From Acholeplasmataceae bacterium (GTDB lineage Bacteria > Bacillota_I > Bacilli_A > Acholeplasmatales > Acholeplasmataceae): a DNA stretch of 64,000 nucleotides. Under the pieces are notes generated by a model. The model was not told the origin of the DNA, did not search any database, and saw only the letters and a list, made by a program, of their open reading frames with translations. A program made the position numbers and the translations under genes. The stretch spans positions 768,001 through 832,000 of the forward strand of contig OY775910.1 in assembly GCA_963675245.1 (NCBI GenBank), in the 5' to 3' direction. Of the stretch, positions 30,492 to 42,194 are shown piece by piece. Position 1 is the stretch's first letter, and every line of letters starts with the position of its first letter.

Positions 30492-30890
30492 ATGGTTATG
30501 ACTGATCCAATTGCTGATATGCTAACGCGTATCAGAAATGCTAACAGAATGCGTCATGCAGTTGTTGAGATGCCGGCTTCAAGACTTAAATCAGACATTT
30601 TGGCTGTTTTAAAGAAAGAAGGGTTCATCGTCAACTACCAAACTGAACAAGATGGAGCATTTAGCAAAATTGTTGTCACATTAAAGTACACAGACACTAA
30701 AGAACGTGTTATTAAAGGATTAAAGCGGATATCGAAACCAGGCCTTCGCATCTACACAAATGTAGGTGATTTACCAAAGGTGCTTAATGGTTTAGGTGTT
30801 GCATTAATCTCAACATCAAAAGGTATTATGACAGATCGTGAAGCGCGCTTGGCCCAAGTTGGTGGCGAAGTATTAGCGTACGTCTGGTAA
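30492..30890 (+). CDS. rpsH: 30S ribosomal protein S8
   Basis: [12 protein letters not shown]. Confidence 0.98.
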   Translation: MVMTDPIADMLTRIRNANRMRHAVVEMPASRLKSDILAVLKKEGFIVNYQTEQDGAFSKIVVTLKYTDTKERVIKGLKRISKPGLRIYTNVGDLPKVLNGLGVALISTSKGIMTDREARLAQVGGEVLAYVW

Positions 30891-30905
30891 TAGAAGGAGG
30901 AAATT

Positions 30906-31445
30906 ATGTCACGCATAGGTAATAAGGTGATTCAAGTTCCTGCTGGCGTTACCGTCACGATTAGTCCTGAAAACTTTGTTGAAGTTAAAGGACCTAAAGG
31001 TCAACTTGAATCTCAATTCAATCAATCATTAAAGATGACGTTAAATGGTACTGAACTTTTAGTTGAAAGACCAAATAACGATATCTTTACAAGAAAAATC
31101 CATGGCACAACAAGAGCATTATTAAATAATATGGTCGAAGGTGTCACAAATGGATTTAAGAAACAATTAGAAATCCGCGGTGTTGGTTACCGTGCACAAT
31201 TGCAAGGTAACACAGTCGTTCTTCAAATGGGATTCTCACATCCTGTGGAATTACCAATCCCTGAAGGTGTTACGGTTACACTACCTAAAAACACTGATGT
31301 GATCGTTGAAGGTATCGACAAACAAGTCGTCGGAGAGTTTGCAGCAAAAATTAGAAGCGTTAAAAAACCAGAACCTTACCTCGGAAAAGGTATTCGCTAT
31401 GTTGGTGAATATGTCTACCGTAAGGCTGGTAAAACTGCTAAATAA
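30906..31445 (+). CDS. rplF: 50S ribosomal protein L6
   Basis: [16 protein letters not shown]. Confidence 0.98.
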   Translation: MSRIGNKVIQVPAGVTVTISPENFVEVKGPKGQLESQFNQSLKMTLNGTELLVERPNNDIFTRKIHGTTRALLNNMVEGVTNGFKKQLEIRGVGYRAQLQGNTVVLQMGFSHPVELPIPEGVTVTLPKNTDVIVEGIDKQVVGEFAAKIRSVKKPEPYLGKGIRYVGEYVYRKAGKTAK

Positions 31446-31460
31446 GGAGATGAATGATTT

Positions 31461-31814
31461 ATGATAAAAAAACAATCTAAGAATGTCTCACGTCATAAGC
31501 GTCATCTTCGTATTCGCAAAACCATAAAAGGTACTGCAGAACGTCCAAGACTTTCAGTCTATCGTTCTAATACGGCGATTTATACGCAATTAATTGACGA
31601 TGTGAATCAAACAACATTATTCGCGGCTGATAGTCGTGAAGCAGGTCTTGCACATTCAAATGTTGAATCTGCAAAGGCAGTAGGTAAGCTCATCGCAGAG
31701 AAGGCTTTAGCTAAAGGCATTGAACAAGTAGTATTTGATCGTAGTGGTTATTTATACCATGGTCGTATTAAAGCACTTGCTGATGCTGCACGCGAAGCTG
31801 GACTCAAATTTTAA
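31461..31814 (+). CDS. rplR: 50S ribosomal protein L18
   Basis: [11 protein letters not shown]. Confidence 0.98.
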   Translation: MIKKQSKNVSRHKRHLRIRKTIKGTAERPRLSVYRSNTAIYTQLIDDVNQTTLFAADSREAGLAHSNVESAKAVGKLIAEKALAKGIEQVVFDRSGYLYHGRIKALADAAREAGLKF

Positions 31815-31828
31815 GGGAGGCAAACGAC

Positions 31829-32341
31829 ATGGCAAAAAATTATAAACGTAATGATGAACCACAAGAAAAGCAATACGAAGAACGCGTCGTTGCCATTAAC
31901 CGTGTAACGAAAGTTGTTAAAGGTGGACGTCGTTTCCGCTTTGCAGCACTCGTTGTAATTGGTAATGGTCAAGGCCAAGTAGGATTTGGTACTGGTAAAG
32001 CTTCTGAAGTACCAGCCGCTATTAAAAAAGCGATTGAAGCTGCTAAAGCAAATCTCATCACAGTGCCTTCAGTTGGAACAACTATTCCACATGAAGTAAC
32101 TGGTGTATATGGTGCTGGTAAAGTTTTCTTAAAACCCGCATCTGAAGGTACTGGTGTTATCGCTGGTGGCCCGGTTCGTGCTGTATTCGAGCTCGCTGGC
32201 ATTAATGACATCTTATCTAAATCAATTGGAACAAGTACACCAATCAATATGATTCGTGCAACATTCCAAGGATTAAAATCACTTCGCACACCAGAAATGG
32301 TTGCTGCGTTACGTGGTGTTGACGTTTCGGAGCTTTCATAA
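31829..32341 (+). CDS. rpsE: 30S ribosomal protein S5
   Basis: [10 protein letters not shown]. Confidence 0.98.
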   Translation: MAKNYKRNDEPQEKQYEERVVAINRVTKVVKGGRRFRFAALVVIGNGQGQVGFGTGKASEVPAAIKKAIEAAKANLITVPSVGTTIPHEVTGVYGAGKVFLKPASEGTGVIAGGPVRAVFELAGINDILSKSIGTSTPINMIRATFQGLKSLRTPEMVAALRGVDVSELS

Positions 32342-32520
32342 TGAAAAAGCTAGAAATTAAGTTAACAAGAAGCCTAATCGGCAGAAAACCTAATCAAGTT
32401 AAAACAGCACACGCATTAGGTTTAAAAAAGATTAATCAAGTCGTTGTAAAAGAATCTAATGACGCAATTGATGGCATGGTAAAAACCATTGCTCATTTGA
32501 TTGAAGTCAAGGAAGTATAA
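32341..32520 (+). CDS. rpmD: 50S ribosomal protein L30 (not in ORF track)
   Basis: Translated by eye: [28 protein letters not shown]...; lies between rpsE and rplO. Confidence 0.95.
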   Translation: MKKLEIKLTRSLIGRKPNQVKTAHALGLKKINQVVVKESNDAIDGMVKTIAHLIEVKEV

Positions 32521-32530
32521 GGAGGCCTAC

Positions 32531-32968
32531 ATGTTAAACGAATTAAAGCCTGTTGCAGGCGCTAGAAAAAATCGCAAGCGTGTTGGTAGAGGACCTGGTT
32601 CAGGTATGGGTGGTACATCAACTAGAGGAGATAAAGGTCAACTTGCTCGCTCTGGTGGTAATCCTCGTCCTGGATTTGAAGGTGGACAAATTCCTTTCTT
32701 CCAACGTCTTCCAAAGCGTGGATTCAAAAACTATACACGTAAGGAATACGCGATTGTCAATTTATCAGAGCTTGACAAATTTAATAACGGTGATGTTATT
32801 ACACCAGACGTATTACTTTCAAACAACGTTATTAAAAAATTAAAGTCAGGCGTTAAAGTTCTTGCTAACGGTGAACTCACAAAGAAATTAACCGTTAAAG
32901 CTAACGTCTTTTCAAAGGCTGCTGAAGCAGCAATTACAAAAGTCGGTGGAACAGTAGAGGTGATTTAA
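32531..32968 (+). CDS. rplO: 50S ribosomal protein L15
   Basis: [15 protein letters not shown]. Confidence 0.98.
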   Translation: MLNELKPVAGARKNRKRVGRGPGSGMGGTSTRGDKGQLARSGGNPRPGFEGGQIPFFQRLPKRGFKNYTRKEYAIVNLSELDKFNNGDVITPDVLLSNNVIKKLKSGVKVLANGELTKKLTVKANVFSKAAEAAITKVGGTVEVI

Positions 32969-32970
32969 AG

Positions 32971-34293
32971 ATGTGGTTACGTATTAAGAGAGTTCTAAGC
33001 AACAAAGACGTGATGCTACGTTTAGCATTCACATTGCTCATTCTATTAATGGTTAGAATCATCAGTTTTATTACGGTCCCACTCTTTAACACGCAAGCGA
33101 TCACAGATTTCATGAGATCAAGCGGAAGCTTTGTCGAAATCTTGAATAACTTCAGTGGTCGTTCATTACAGAACTTCTCCATCATGTCACTTGGTATTAC
33201 ACCATACATTACATCTAGTATTGTTGTACAGATGTTACAAATGGTTTTACCTAAGTTCAAAGAATGGAGTGAACAAGGCGAAGTAGGGAAACAAAACTTA
33301 ACTAGAGTAACGCGTTACCTTGCGATTGCATTAGCATTCTTCCAAGCGATGGCACTTATCTTAGGTGTTTCGCCATACGGTGGTGCTTTACTTCCAAGCT
33401 TAGAAGCTAGCCTCGTTTCAAATACATTTGCACGTTATATGCTTTATGTGTATATGGCCCTTGTTATGGCTGCTGGTACAGCAATTGCAATGTGGTTCTC
33501 CACACTCATCACCAAAAAAGGTGTTGGTAATGGAGCATCCATGTTAATCGTAGCTGGTATCGTAACCAGTTTGCCTGCAATGTGGACAACACTTTGGAGC
33601 AAATATATAACAAATAGTGTAAATGGTTGGTCATATGTATGGTTTATCTTCATCATTTTATTATACTTCGGTATTTTATTAGGTGTTGTATACATGCAGA
33701 TTGCACAAAGAAAACTACCTGTTCAATATGCAAATAGACAAGGTAAATCGGATTCGAACATTCCACTTAAGCTTAATGCTGGTGGCGTTATTCCAGTTAT
33801 CTTTGCGCAAACCATCATGAGTATTCCACTAACCATTATTGGGTTCTCTAACAGCACAAGCACTGCGACGGCATTCTTCACAGATATGTTTAGTTACCGT
33901 CAACCATTAGGATTTATTGTTTATGTGATGTTAATTGTCATATTCTCATTCTTCTATTCATTCGTACAAGTCAACCCAGAGAAGGTAGCGAATAACTTAT
34001 CACAGTCAAATGCTTATATTCCTGGTGTGAGACCTGGTATGGATACACAAGACTATGTCGCAAGTTTGTTATTTAAGATCACGGTCATTGGTACGGTATA
34101 TCTTGTCATTTTGGCAATCTTACCAGTTATCACAGCTGCAGTCTTTAACTTCACATCAACTGAAGCAAATGCAATCACATTAGGCGGTACAAGTTTATTG
34201 ATTATCGTTGGTGTTGCGATTGAAACAACAAAACAAGTTGAAACAGATGCAAGTCAAAAAGAATATGGCAGCATCCTTAATCCATTTAAGTGA
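32971..34293 (+). CDS. secY: Preprotein translocase SecY
   Basis: LGITPYITSSI, IPGVRPG, GGTSLLIIVGV. Confidence 0.98.
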   Translation: MWLRIKRVLSNKDVMLRLAFTLLILLMVRIISFITVPLFNTQAITDFMRSSGSFVEILNNFSGRSLQNFSIMSLGITPYITSSIVVQMLQMVLPKFKEWSEQGEVGKQNLTRVTRYLAIALAFFQAMALILGVSPYGGALLPSLEASLVSNTFARYMLYVYMALVMAAGTAIAMWFSTLITKKGVGNGASMLIVAGIVTSLPAMWTTLWSKYITNSVNGWSYVWFIFIILLYFGILLGVVYMQIAQRKLPVQYANRQGKSDSNIPLKLNAGGVIPVIFAQTIMSIPLTIIGFSNSTSTATAFFTDMFSYRQPLGFIVYVMLIVIFSFFYSFVQVNPEKVANNLSQSNAYIPGVRPGMDTQDYVASLLFKITVIGTVYLVILAILPVITAAVFNFTSTEANAITLGGTSLLIIVGVAIETTKQVETDASQKEYGSILNPFK

Positions 34294-34317
34294 TGATCGG
34301 TCATAAGGAGTGAGAAA

Positions 34318-34968
34318 ATGCGTTTAATCCTATTAGGACCTCCTGGTGTCGGTAAAGGCACTGAGGCAGAAATATTAAAAAAGCATTATCAAATTCCGCA
34401 CATTTCTACTGGAAACATCTTTAGAGAGCTTTTCCATCAAGAAACAGAAATCGGAAAGATAGCCAAGTCTTATATTGACAAAGGACAATTAGTACCCGAT
34501 GATATTACAAATGAAATTGTTCGTCAAAGACTGTATCATGATGATGTAAAAGATGGATTTATGTTTGATGGATATCCACGTAACGTTGGACAAGCAGAAG
34601 CGTTTGATAAAGCACTAGATGAGCTTGGTGTTAAGCTTACAGCAGTGATTGATATCGAAGCAGATGATGATTTGATTCTTAATAGAATCAGTGGTCGTCG
34701 TGTTTGTGAGTCATGTGGCGCTGTATATCATACAGAAAACAAAAAACCAAAAGTTGATGGTATATGTGATCAATGTGGTGGAAAATTAATTCACCGTGAA
34801 GATGATCAACCTGAAACAGTGAAAAACCGTTTAAAAATCTATCATCAACAAACAGAACCAGTTATTGGTTATTATAAAGAAAAAGGTTTACTCATTTCAG
34901 TTGATGGATCAACATCCATTGAGTGGACCAATGAGCAGATCTTAAAAGCATTAGGTGAGCAAAAGTGA
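34318..34968 (+). CDS. adk: Adenylate kinase
   Basis: GPPGVGKGT, DGYPR, Zn lid CxxC...CxxC. Confidence 0.98.
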   Translation: MRLILLGPPGVGKGTEAEILKKHYQIPHISTGNIFRELFHQETEIGKIAKSYIDKGQLVPDDITNEIVRQRLYHDDVKDGFMFDGYPRNVGQAEAFDKALDELGVKLTAVIDIEADDDLILNRISGRRVCESCGAVYHTENKKPKVDGICDQCGGKLIHREDDQPETVKNRLKIYHQQTEPVIGYYKEKGLLISVDGSTSIEWTNEQILKALGEQK

Positions 34969-35723
34969 TTCAGATTAAATCATCACGAGAAATTGAGCTG
35001 ATGCGTCAAGCAGGACGCATACTGGAAAGTACGCGTCAAATGGTTAGCACACATGTGAAACCAGGTGTCACGACATATCAGCTCGATCAGCTTGCTGAAG
35101 CACACATTATAAAGCTTGGTGGCATACCATCATTCAAGGGTTATCAAGGTTTTCCGGGATCCATTTGTACATCCGTAAATGAAGTCGTCGTACACGGCAT
35201 CCCATCAAAGAGTAAAATCTTAAAAGCCGGGGATATTATTACGTTAGATTTTGGTGTCAATTATAAAGGATATCATGCCGACTCAGCAACCACTTATCCG
35301 GTGGGTGAGATTAGTGATGACATCAAACAATTATTAAAGGTTACTGAAGAAGCACTTTACGAAGGGCTTAAATATGCAAAACCAGGACAACATGTCTCTG
35401 ACATATCACATGCAATTGAGGCTTATGTTAAACCATATGGTTATGGTATTGTAGAAGAATTTACAGGTCATGGCATTGGCCGTGAATTGCACGAAGATCC
35501 TTATGTCCCAAACTTTGGACAAGCTGGATTAGGTGCTGTACTTAAACCAGGTATGACCTTTTGTGTGGAACCCATGGTAAATCTTGGAACGAAGCACATT
35601 CGCATCTTAAGAGATAATTGGACAACCATTACATCTGATAAAAAACCAAGTGCCCATTTTGAGCACATGATTGTAATTACGGAAACAGGATATGACATCC
35701 TGACGGCAACCGAAAAGGAGTGA
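34965..35723 (+). CDS. map: Methionine aminopeptidase type I
   Basis: VVHGIP, GHGIG, SAHFEH. Confidence 0.97.
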   Translation: MIQIKSSREIELMRQAGRILESTRQMVSTHVKPGVTTYQLDQLAEAHIIKLGGIPSFKGYQGFPGSICTSVNEVVVHGIPSKSKILKAGDIITLDFGVNYKGYHADSATTYPVGEISDDIKQLLKVTEEALYEGLKYAKPGQHVSDISHAIEAYVKPYGYGIVEEFTGHGIGRELHEDPYVPNFGQAGLGAVLKPGMTFCVEPMVNLGTKHIRILRDNWTTITSDKKPSAHFEHMIVITETGYDILTATEKE

Positions 35724-35727
35724 CGCT

Positions 35728-35949
35728 ATGGCAAGACAAGACCTAATTGAAGTAGAAGCAAAAGTTGTTGAGATACTACCAAATACAAAATTTAAGGTAG
35801 AATTATTACAGAACGGGCATACAGTGATCGCGCACGTGTCCGGTAAAATCCGCATGCATAACATACGCATTTTACCTGGTGATAGAGTAGTAGTAGAACT
35901 ATCACCATATGACTTAACCCGCGGAAGAATCACTTATCGCCGTAAATGA
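35728..35949 (+). CDS. infA: Translation initiation factor IF-1
   Basis: [19 protein letters not shown]. Confidence 0.98.
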   Translation: MARQDLIEVEAKVVEILPNTKFKVELLQNGHTVIAHVSGKIRMHNIRILPGDRVVVELSPYDLTRGRITYRRK

Positions 35950-35962
35950 GGAGGAACATTTT

Positions 35963-36079
35963 ATGAAAGTAAAAGCATCCGTTAAAAAACGTAGCGAAGA
36001 TGACATTATCGTAAGACGTAAGGGTCGCGTGTATGTGATCAATAAGAAAAATAGAAGACATAACCAGAGACAGGGTTAA
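35963..36079 (+). CDS. rpmJ: 50S ribosomal protein L36 (Cys-free; not in ORF track)
   Basis: [38 protein letters not shown]. Confidence 0.96.
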   Translation: MKVKASVKKRSEDDIIVRRKGRVYVINKKNRRHNQRQG

Positions 36080-36088
36080 GGAGGAATT

Positions 36089-36454
36089 ATGGCTAGAATT
36101 GCAGGTATAGACGTTCCACGCGAAAAGCGCGTTGTGGTTTCGTTAACATACATATATGGCATTGGACTAACAACGTCCAAACAAATTCTAAAGGACGCGA
36201 ACGTCAGTGAAGACACACGTGTTCATGCGCTTACAGAAGATGAGTTATCTCGTATTCGTACAGAAGTTGCAAACTATCAAACAGAAGGTGACCTTCGTAG
36301 AGAAGTCACTATGAATATTAAGAGACTTATGGAAATTGGTTCATACCGTGGTATGCGCCATCGTAGAAACTTACCAGTACGTGGTCAAAACACAAGAAAC
36401 AATGCACGTACACGTAAAGGCAAGCCAAAGGCTATTGCCGGTAAGAAAAAATAA
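36089..36454 (+). CDS. rpsM: 30S ribosomal protein S13
   Basis: [13 protein letters not shown]. Confidence 0.98.
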   Translation: MARIAGIDVPREKRVVVSLTYIYGIGLTTSKQILKDANVSEDTRVHALTEDELSRIRTEVANYQTEGDLRREVTMNIKRLMEIGSYRGMRHRRNLPVRGQNTRNNARTRKGKPKAIAGKKK

Positions 36455-36468
36455 GGAGGGAATAAATC

Positions 36469-36855
36469 ATGGCTCGTAAAAAGACAACGAAACGTAAAGT
36501 TAAAAAGAATATTCCCCTTGGTGTTGCTCACATTCACACAACATTTAACAATACAATCGTAACGATTACTGATGTTGACGGTAATGCCGTTTCATGGGCA
36601 AGTGCTGGTGCACTAGGCTTCAAGGGTAGTCGTAAATCAACACCATATGCAGCACAAATGTCAGCTGAAGCAGCTGCTAAATCTGCTATGGATAATGGTA
36701 TGTTAAAAGTTGAAGTTTCAGTTAAAGGACCTGGTCCTGGTCGTGAAGCAGCGATTCGTTCGCTTCAGACAGCTGGCTTAGAAATTACTGCTATCAAGGA
36801 TGTAACGCCGGTCCCACATAATGGATGCAGACCGCCAAAACGTCCTCGCGGATAA
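36469..36855 (+). CDS. rpsK: 30S ribosomal protein S11
   Basis: [14 protein letters not shown]. Confidence 0.98.
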   Translation: MARKKTTKRKVKKNIPLGVAHIHTTFNNTIVTITDVDGNAVSWASAGALGFKGSRKSTPYAAQMSAEAAAKSAMDNGMLKVEVSVKGPGPGREAAIRSLQTAGLEITAIKDVTPVPHNGCRPPKRPRG

Positions 36856-36874
36856 TGTGAAGGAGGGGTAACGA

Positions 36875-37864
36875 ATGAAAGAGTTAAAGTTTGAAAAACC
36901 GACTGCGGTTGAAGAGCTATCGGTCGATGGTAATAAAGGTCGTTTTGTGATTAAACCACTCGAACGTGGATACGGCATTACGCTCGGTAACGCACTTCGT
37001 CGCGTCTTGCTTTCGTCGCTTCCCGGCGCAGCAATCGTCAATATCAAAATTGATGAAGTAGAGCATGAATTTGCTACAATTGATGGCGTCTATGAAGATG
37101 TCATGGGTATTGTATTAAACTTAAAGAAAGTCATTTTCCAAGTAGAATCAAATGATCCAAACTTTGAACAAAAACTTGAATTATATGCATCTGGTGCTGG
37201 CGAAGTAACAGCTGCAGACTTCATTCACGTTGATGGCGTTGATGTGGTTAACCCTGATCAAGTGATTGCTCATCTTGAAGAAAATGGATCATTATCAATG
37301 GTCGTAACTGTTAGACGTGGTGTAGGCTATGTCAGTGCAGAAAAGAACAAAGCTTTCAGTAAAAATGAAAAGAGTGTTATTGCAATTGATTCAATTTATA
37401 CACCAGTAACTCGTGTGAGCTATCATGTTGAAAAAACAAGAGGCGACACAGATGAACTAACATTAGAAATTGAAACTAATGGTGCGATTGAAGCGAAAGA
37501 TGCTTTAGCACTTGCAAGTAAGATGTTAATTGATTATTTTCAAGTCATCGTAGAGATTAGTGAATCAGCACAAGATGCAGATTTCATTTATGAAGCAGAA
37601 GATGAACCAGTTAACAAGAAGCTTGAAATGAAGATTGAACAACTCGATCTTTCAGTCAGACTATTCAATAGTTTGAAACGTTCTGGTATTTATACCGTTG
37701 CACAAATCATTCGTTTAACGGAAGAGGATGTAATGCGCCTTAGAAGTCTTGGACGTAAATCGTTTAAGGAATTAAAGGAAAAACTTGCAGAACATGGCCT
37801 CGAATTTGAAAATTCGTCAAGTAAAGATTCAAATGTATTTGCTGACGATATAGACAAGGAGTAA
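36875..37864 (+). CDS. rpoA: RNA polymerase alpha subunit
   Basis: PLERGYGITLGNALRR. Confidence 0.98.
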   Translation: MKELKFEKPTAVEELSVDGNKGRFVIKPLERGYGITLGNALRRVLLSSLPGAAIVNIKIDEVEHEFATIDGVYEDVMGIVLNLKKVIFQVESNDPNFEQKLELYASGAGEVTAADFIHVDGVDVVNPDQVIAHLEENGSLSMVVTVRRGVGYVSAEKNKAFSKNEKSVIAIDSIYTPVTRVSYHVEKTRGDTDELTLEIETNGAIEAKDALALASKMLIDYFQVIVEISESAQDADFIYEAEDEPVNKKLEMKIEQLDLSVRLFNSLKRSGIYTVAQIIRLTEEDVMRLRSLGRKSFKELKEKLAEHGLEFENSSSKDSNVFADDIDKE

Positions 37865-37867
37865 ATC

Positions 37868-38224
37868 ATGGCATATTCTAGATTAAGACGTACAAGTGAT
37901 CAACGTAAAGCATTATTACGTGACCTTGTTACAGATATCATCATCAATGAACGCATTGTGACGACAGAATCAAAAGCAAAAGAACTTAAAAAATTAGCAG
38001 ACAAAATGGTAACACTAGCTAAAAATGGTTCACTAGCTGCAAGACGTCAAGCTGCTGAAACTGTTCGTTTTGAACAAGTAAGCGAAACACAAAATGCGCT
38101 TCAAAAATTGTTTGATGAAATCGGACCTCGTTATCAAGATCGCAATGGTGGATATACAAGAATCATCAAGACGGTACCTCGTCGTGGTGATGCTGCACCA
38201 ATGGCGATTATTGAATTTGTTTAA
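37868..38224 (+). CDS. rplQ: 50S ribosomal protein L17
   Basis: [17 protein letters not shown]. Confidence 0.98.
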   Translation: MAYSRLRRTSDQRKALLRDLVTDIIINERIVTTESKAKELKKLADKMVTLAKNGSLAARRQAAETVRFEQVSETQNALQKLFDEIGPRYQDRNGGYTRIIKTVPRRGDAAPMAIIEFV

Positions 38225-38250
38225 AAACAAGCTTCGGCTTGTTTTTTTTC
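38225..38250 (+). terminator. Terminator of the ribosomal protein cluster
   Basis: AAACAAGC-ttcg-GCTTGTTTTTTT. Confidence 0.9.
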
Positions 38251-38308
38251 TTGAATAATTGACGTGTTAAGTTTACAATAAGAGTGGTTGAAAGAAAAGA
38301 GGACTATC

Positions 38309-40441
38309 ATGAAAAAAATACTACTATCAATGATGGCATTATTCACTGTCATTTTACTTGTCGCATGCGTAAACATACCAAAATATTCAATAGATGATAT
38401 TGAGAATGCGATTGAAATCACTTATGCAGTAGGCGATGATCAAGATCATGTTACTGAAGATATCATCTTGCCACGCACACACATATCATATGCAGAAGCA
38501 TTCATAACTTGGCAAAGTAATAATATCGATGTGATAACAAATAGCGGTGCAGTTACGAGAACATCTGTAGACGTTGAAGTAACTTTAATTTACTCAATAA
38601 GTTATAATGGTCAAGCAAGAGTAGGATCATTTACAGTCACAGTATTGTCTGAAAAACCTACCTTAGAAGAGATTGCTGCAGCGATTGAAATAGGATTTTC
38701 TGATGGTGATGATGCGGATCATGTGACACAGGATATTATACTACCTGAGGTTTCTGTTTTAGATGAAAATGCGATAATTACATGGAGTAGTTCAAATAGA
38801 GATATCATTAGTGGTAATGGAGTAGTTCATAGAGATGAAAATACACATTTAATTATTCTAAATTTTATCATTATATATGATAACAATTTGGCGAGTGGGT
38901 CTTTTGGATTAACAGTTTATCCTGAAGATGTCTACTATAGTGTTGTTTTTGATACAAATGGTGGCTCTTATATAGAAGATATATCGCAACTTGAAGGTAC
39001 AGCTGTTTCTGAACCTACTCAACCAACAAGAGAGGATTATACGTTTGTAGCTTGGTATATTGATGAGGCGTTAACAATACCATATGATTTTACTGAGGTT
39101 GTCTGGTCAGATATTACCCTTTACGCTAAATGGGATACTAATCTAACCTATCATACAATCACATTTGAAACAAATGGTGGTATTGATATCCCACCATTAC
39201 TTGCTTTAGATAATACAACAATATCTAGACCAACACCAGTAAGAGAAGGTTTTATTTTTAAAGGTTGGTATGCAAATGATTCATTAACAATTCCTTATAA
39301 TTTTTATGCACCTATTACATCAAATATAACCATATATGCTATGTGGACGGTATCTTACACAGTCACGTTTAATACAGTAGGTGGTTCATATGTGTCACCT
39401 ATAGAAGTTCAAGAAAATGAAAGTATCACACAACCGAGTGACCCAACAAGAAGTGGTTTCGTATTTGTTGGTTGGTTTACAGATCAAGCATATACAACGG
39501 AATTTAATTTTTATTCATCCATCACAGAAGATAAGATACTATATGCAAAATGGGAATCAACTGCAGTTTATTTCACTGTATCATTTGATACAAATGGTGG
39601 TACAAACATTCCATCTAACGAAGTCGCTGTTGGCACTACGTTAACAAGACCAAATGATCCATCAAAAAATGGATATGTATTTCTAGACTGGTACACAGAT
39701 GTTTCATTAACAACAGTCTATTCTTTCTCAAATATCGTAACTCAAGATATTATCTTATATGCTAAGTGGATTGAACCATCATCTACCGATTATACAGGTA
39801 TCTATGATGGGGCTGAAGGTCTTTATGGTTCAATGTTAATAGATTTTTTATATGATGTTGTGGTAGAAAATATCTCTGGTAAAGAGCAAGACTATGGTGA
39901 TGCAAGATACACACTTGATGAAGCAGACCGAGATCCAAATAATCCAAGTAATGTTATTTTAGTATACTTAGGAACGTCCGTAAGCGGTGTGTGGGATGGT
40001 GGTGCAACTTGGAATCGTGAACATGTATGGCCACAATCACTACTAGGTGTATCGGCGGATAACAGTACCGTTAATATGGCATCAGATTTACATAATCTAA
40101 AACCAGCAAATCCTTCAGAAAATAGTTCTAGAAGCAACAAATGGTTTGGTGATACGACGACAGCATATTCATACGCACCTAGAACGGATGTCAGAGGGGA
40201 TATTGCGAGAATTCTCTTCTATATGGCAATTAGATATAATGATACATTAACACTTATTAATATTACTTCTGGTGATCCGAGTGTTCATCAAATGGGTGAT
40301 TTGGCAACACTATTAAGATGGAATCTAGAAGATCCTGTTGATACATTTGAAATGAATCGTAATGATGTTATTGAAAGTTATCAAGGTAATAGAAATCCAT
40401 TTATTGATTATCCTGATTTTGCGTATCTTATTTGGAGTTAA
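38309..40441 (+). CDS. Lipoprotein endonuclease I family nuclease with Ig-like and InlB B-type repeats
   Basis: LLVAC lipobox; four FxTxGG...GWY...LYAKW repeats; WNREHVWPQS, DLHNL, QGNRNPFID. Confidence 0.9.
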   Translation: MKKILLSMMALFTVILLVACVNIPKYSIDDIENAIEITYAVGDDQDHVTEDIILPRTHISYAEAFITWQSNNIDVITNSGAVTRTSVDVEVTLIYSISYNGQARVGSFTVTVLSEKPTLEEIAAAIEIGFSDGDDADHVTQDIILPEVSVLDENAIITWSSSNRDIISGNGVVHRDENTHLIILNFIIIYDNNLASGSFGLTVYPEDVYYSVVFDTNGGSYIEDISQLEGTAVSEPTQPTREDYTFVAWYIDEALTIPYDFTEVVWSDITLYAKWDTNLTYHTITFETNGGIDIPPLLALDNTTISRPTPVREGFIFKGWYANDSLTIPYNFYAPITSNITIYAMWTVSYTVTFNTVGGSYVSPIEVQENESITQPSDPTRSGFVFVGWFTDQAYTTEFNFYSSITEDKILYAKWESTAVYFTVSFDTNGGTNIPSNEVAVGTTLTRPNDPSKNGYVFLDWYTDVSLTTVYSFSNIVTQDIILYAKWIEPSSTDYTGIYDGAEGLYGSMLIDFLYDVVVENISGKEQDYGDARYTLDEADRDPNNPSNVILVYLGTSVSGVWDGGATWNREHVWPQSLLGVSADNSTVNMASDLHNLKPANPSENSSRSNKWFGDTTTAYSYAPRTDVRGDIARILFYMAIRYNDTLTLINITSGDPSVHQMGDLATLLRWNLEDPVDTFEMNRNDVIESYQGNRNPFIDYPDFAYLIWS

Positions 40442-40461
40442 CACTTGAAGGGAGTGTGTGT

Positions 40462-41442
40462 ATGAAGTATAGAAAATTTGGTAAAACGGGTATTTCTGTT
40501 TCAGAAGTGTCTTTAGGCACATGGCAACTAGGCAGTAAATGGGGAGATCCATTTTCTGATGAGGTTGCGAAAGAAACATTAGAAGAAGCGACACGTCAGG
40601 GCATTAATTGTTATGACACAGCAGATGTTTATCAAGGTGGCGCAAGCGAAGTCGCTATTGGAAAATACATTAAAACGTTAGATCAAAAACCGTTTGTTAT
40701 TACCAAGACAGGTAGACAAATGGCACAAACCGTCGAGAATTATTCTGAAGAAAACATCAGAAAGTATATTGATGATAGTAGAGCAAGATTGGATGTGGAC
40801 AGATTAGATATGGTTTTACTTCATTGTCCACCTACGGAACTTTATCAACATCCTGAGGTTTTCAAGATTCTTGATCAATTAAAAGAAGAACATAAGATTA
40901 AACATTATGGTGTATCAATAGAGAAAATTGAAGAAGGCATCAAAGCCATGGATTATCCAGGCGTTGAAGCAATTGAAGTCATTTTTAATATGTTTAGATT
41001 ACGCCCTGCAGAAGAACTCTTTGAATTAGCTAAAAAGAGAAATGTCGCTATCATCGTTCGTGTACCTTTAGCAAGTGGTCTATTAACTGGTAAATATACA
41101 AAGAACACAACGTTTGGTGCTGAAGATCATCGTACCACCAACAGACATGGCGAACTTTTTGATAAAGGTGAAACATTCTCAGGTGTGGATTTTGACTTAG
41201 GTCTTCAAGCAGTTGAAGCGTTGAAAAAAGTATTTAATAAAGATAATTTAACGCAAATAGCGATTAGATGGGTGTTAATGTTTGATGCTGTGAGTACAGT
41301 CATTCCTGGAGCGAGTAAAGCATCATATGTTAAAGCGAATGCTGATGCGTGTGAACTGCCACCACTCTCAGATGAACAAATGAAACAAGTCAATGATATC
41401 TATGACAAATATATAAAACCATCTGTACATCATTTATGGTAA
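40462..41442 (+). CDS. Aldo/keto reductase
   Basis: LGTWQ, DTADVY, PLASGLLTGKY. Confidence 0.93.
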   Translation: MKYRKFGKTGISVSEVSLGTWQLGSKWGDPFSDEVAKETLEEATRQGINCYDTADVYQGGASEVAIGKYIKTLDQKPFVITKTGRQMAQTVENYSEENIRKYIDDSRARLDVDRLDMVLLHCPPTELYQHPEVFKILDQLKEEHKIKHYGVSIEKIEEGIKAMDYPGVEAIEVIFNMFRLRPAEELFELAKKRNVAIIVRVPLASGLLTGKYTKNTTFGAEDHRTTNRHGELFDKGETFSGVDFDLGLQAVEALKKVFNKDNLTQIAIRWVLMFDAVSTVIPGASKASYVKANADACELPPLSDEQMKQVNDIYDKYIKPSVHHLW

Positions 41443-41528
41443 ATTACGTATAAAGCGGTTATCAACCGCTTTTTATATAATGTGACTAATGTCGCTTAAC
41501 ATGTTACAATCAAAGTGGAGGGTTTATC

Positions 41529-42161
41529 ATGATTAAAGCAGTTATATTTGATTTAGACGGTGTGATTGTGACAACCGATCACCTTCATTATCTCGCATGG
41601 AAGAAAATGGCAGATAAAGAAGGAATCTATTTTGATGAGAAGATCAATAATAGATTACGTGGTGTTTCACGCATGGCATCCTTAGAAATCATTTTAGAAA
41701 AAGCACATAAATCATACACAAATGAAGAGAAAAGTGCATTAGCCACATTCAAAAATGATGTGTATGTGTCATTACTGGAGGATTTAGATGAACAGGATAT
41801 TTTGCCTGATGTCATTGAGGTCATTGGAAAATTAAAAGAGCGTGATATAAAAGTCGCAATTGGTTCTAGTTCTAAAAACACACCGATCATATTAAAAAGA
41901 ATTGGATTAGATCATGCATTTGATGGTATATCTGACGGTAATAACATCACACATTCAAAGCCTAACCCTGAAGTCTTTTTAAAAGCCGCTCAGTATATAG
42001 GTGTAGCACCTGAAAATTGTATGGTTATTGAAGATGCAGAAGCAGGCATTGAAGCTGCTAAAGCCGCTCATATGTATGGGTTTGCTGTCGGGGATGCAAA
42101 AAAATCAGCCATTGCTGATTACAAGTCAGATCATTTATTGGACATACTTAAGGTCATTTAA
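41529..42161 (+). CDS. pgmB: Beta-phosphoglucomutase (HAD)
   Basis: FDLDGV, LRGVSRMASL, KPNPEVF. Confidence 0.9.
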   Translation: MIKAVIFDLDGVIVTTDHLHYLAWKKMADKEGIYFDEKINNRLRGVSRMASLEIILEKAHKSYTNEEKSALATFKNDVYVSLLEDLDEQDILPDVIEVIGKLKERDIKVAIGSSSKNTPIILKRIGLDHAFDGISDGNNITHSKPNPEVFLKAAQYIGVAPENCMVIEDAEAGIEAAKAAHMYGFAVGDAKKSAIADYKSDHLLDILKVI

Positions 42162-42194
42162 AAGGACGCTATCATAGCGTCCTTTTTGATGTGA

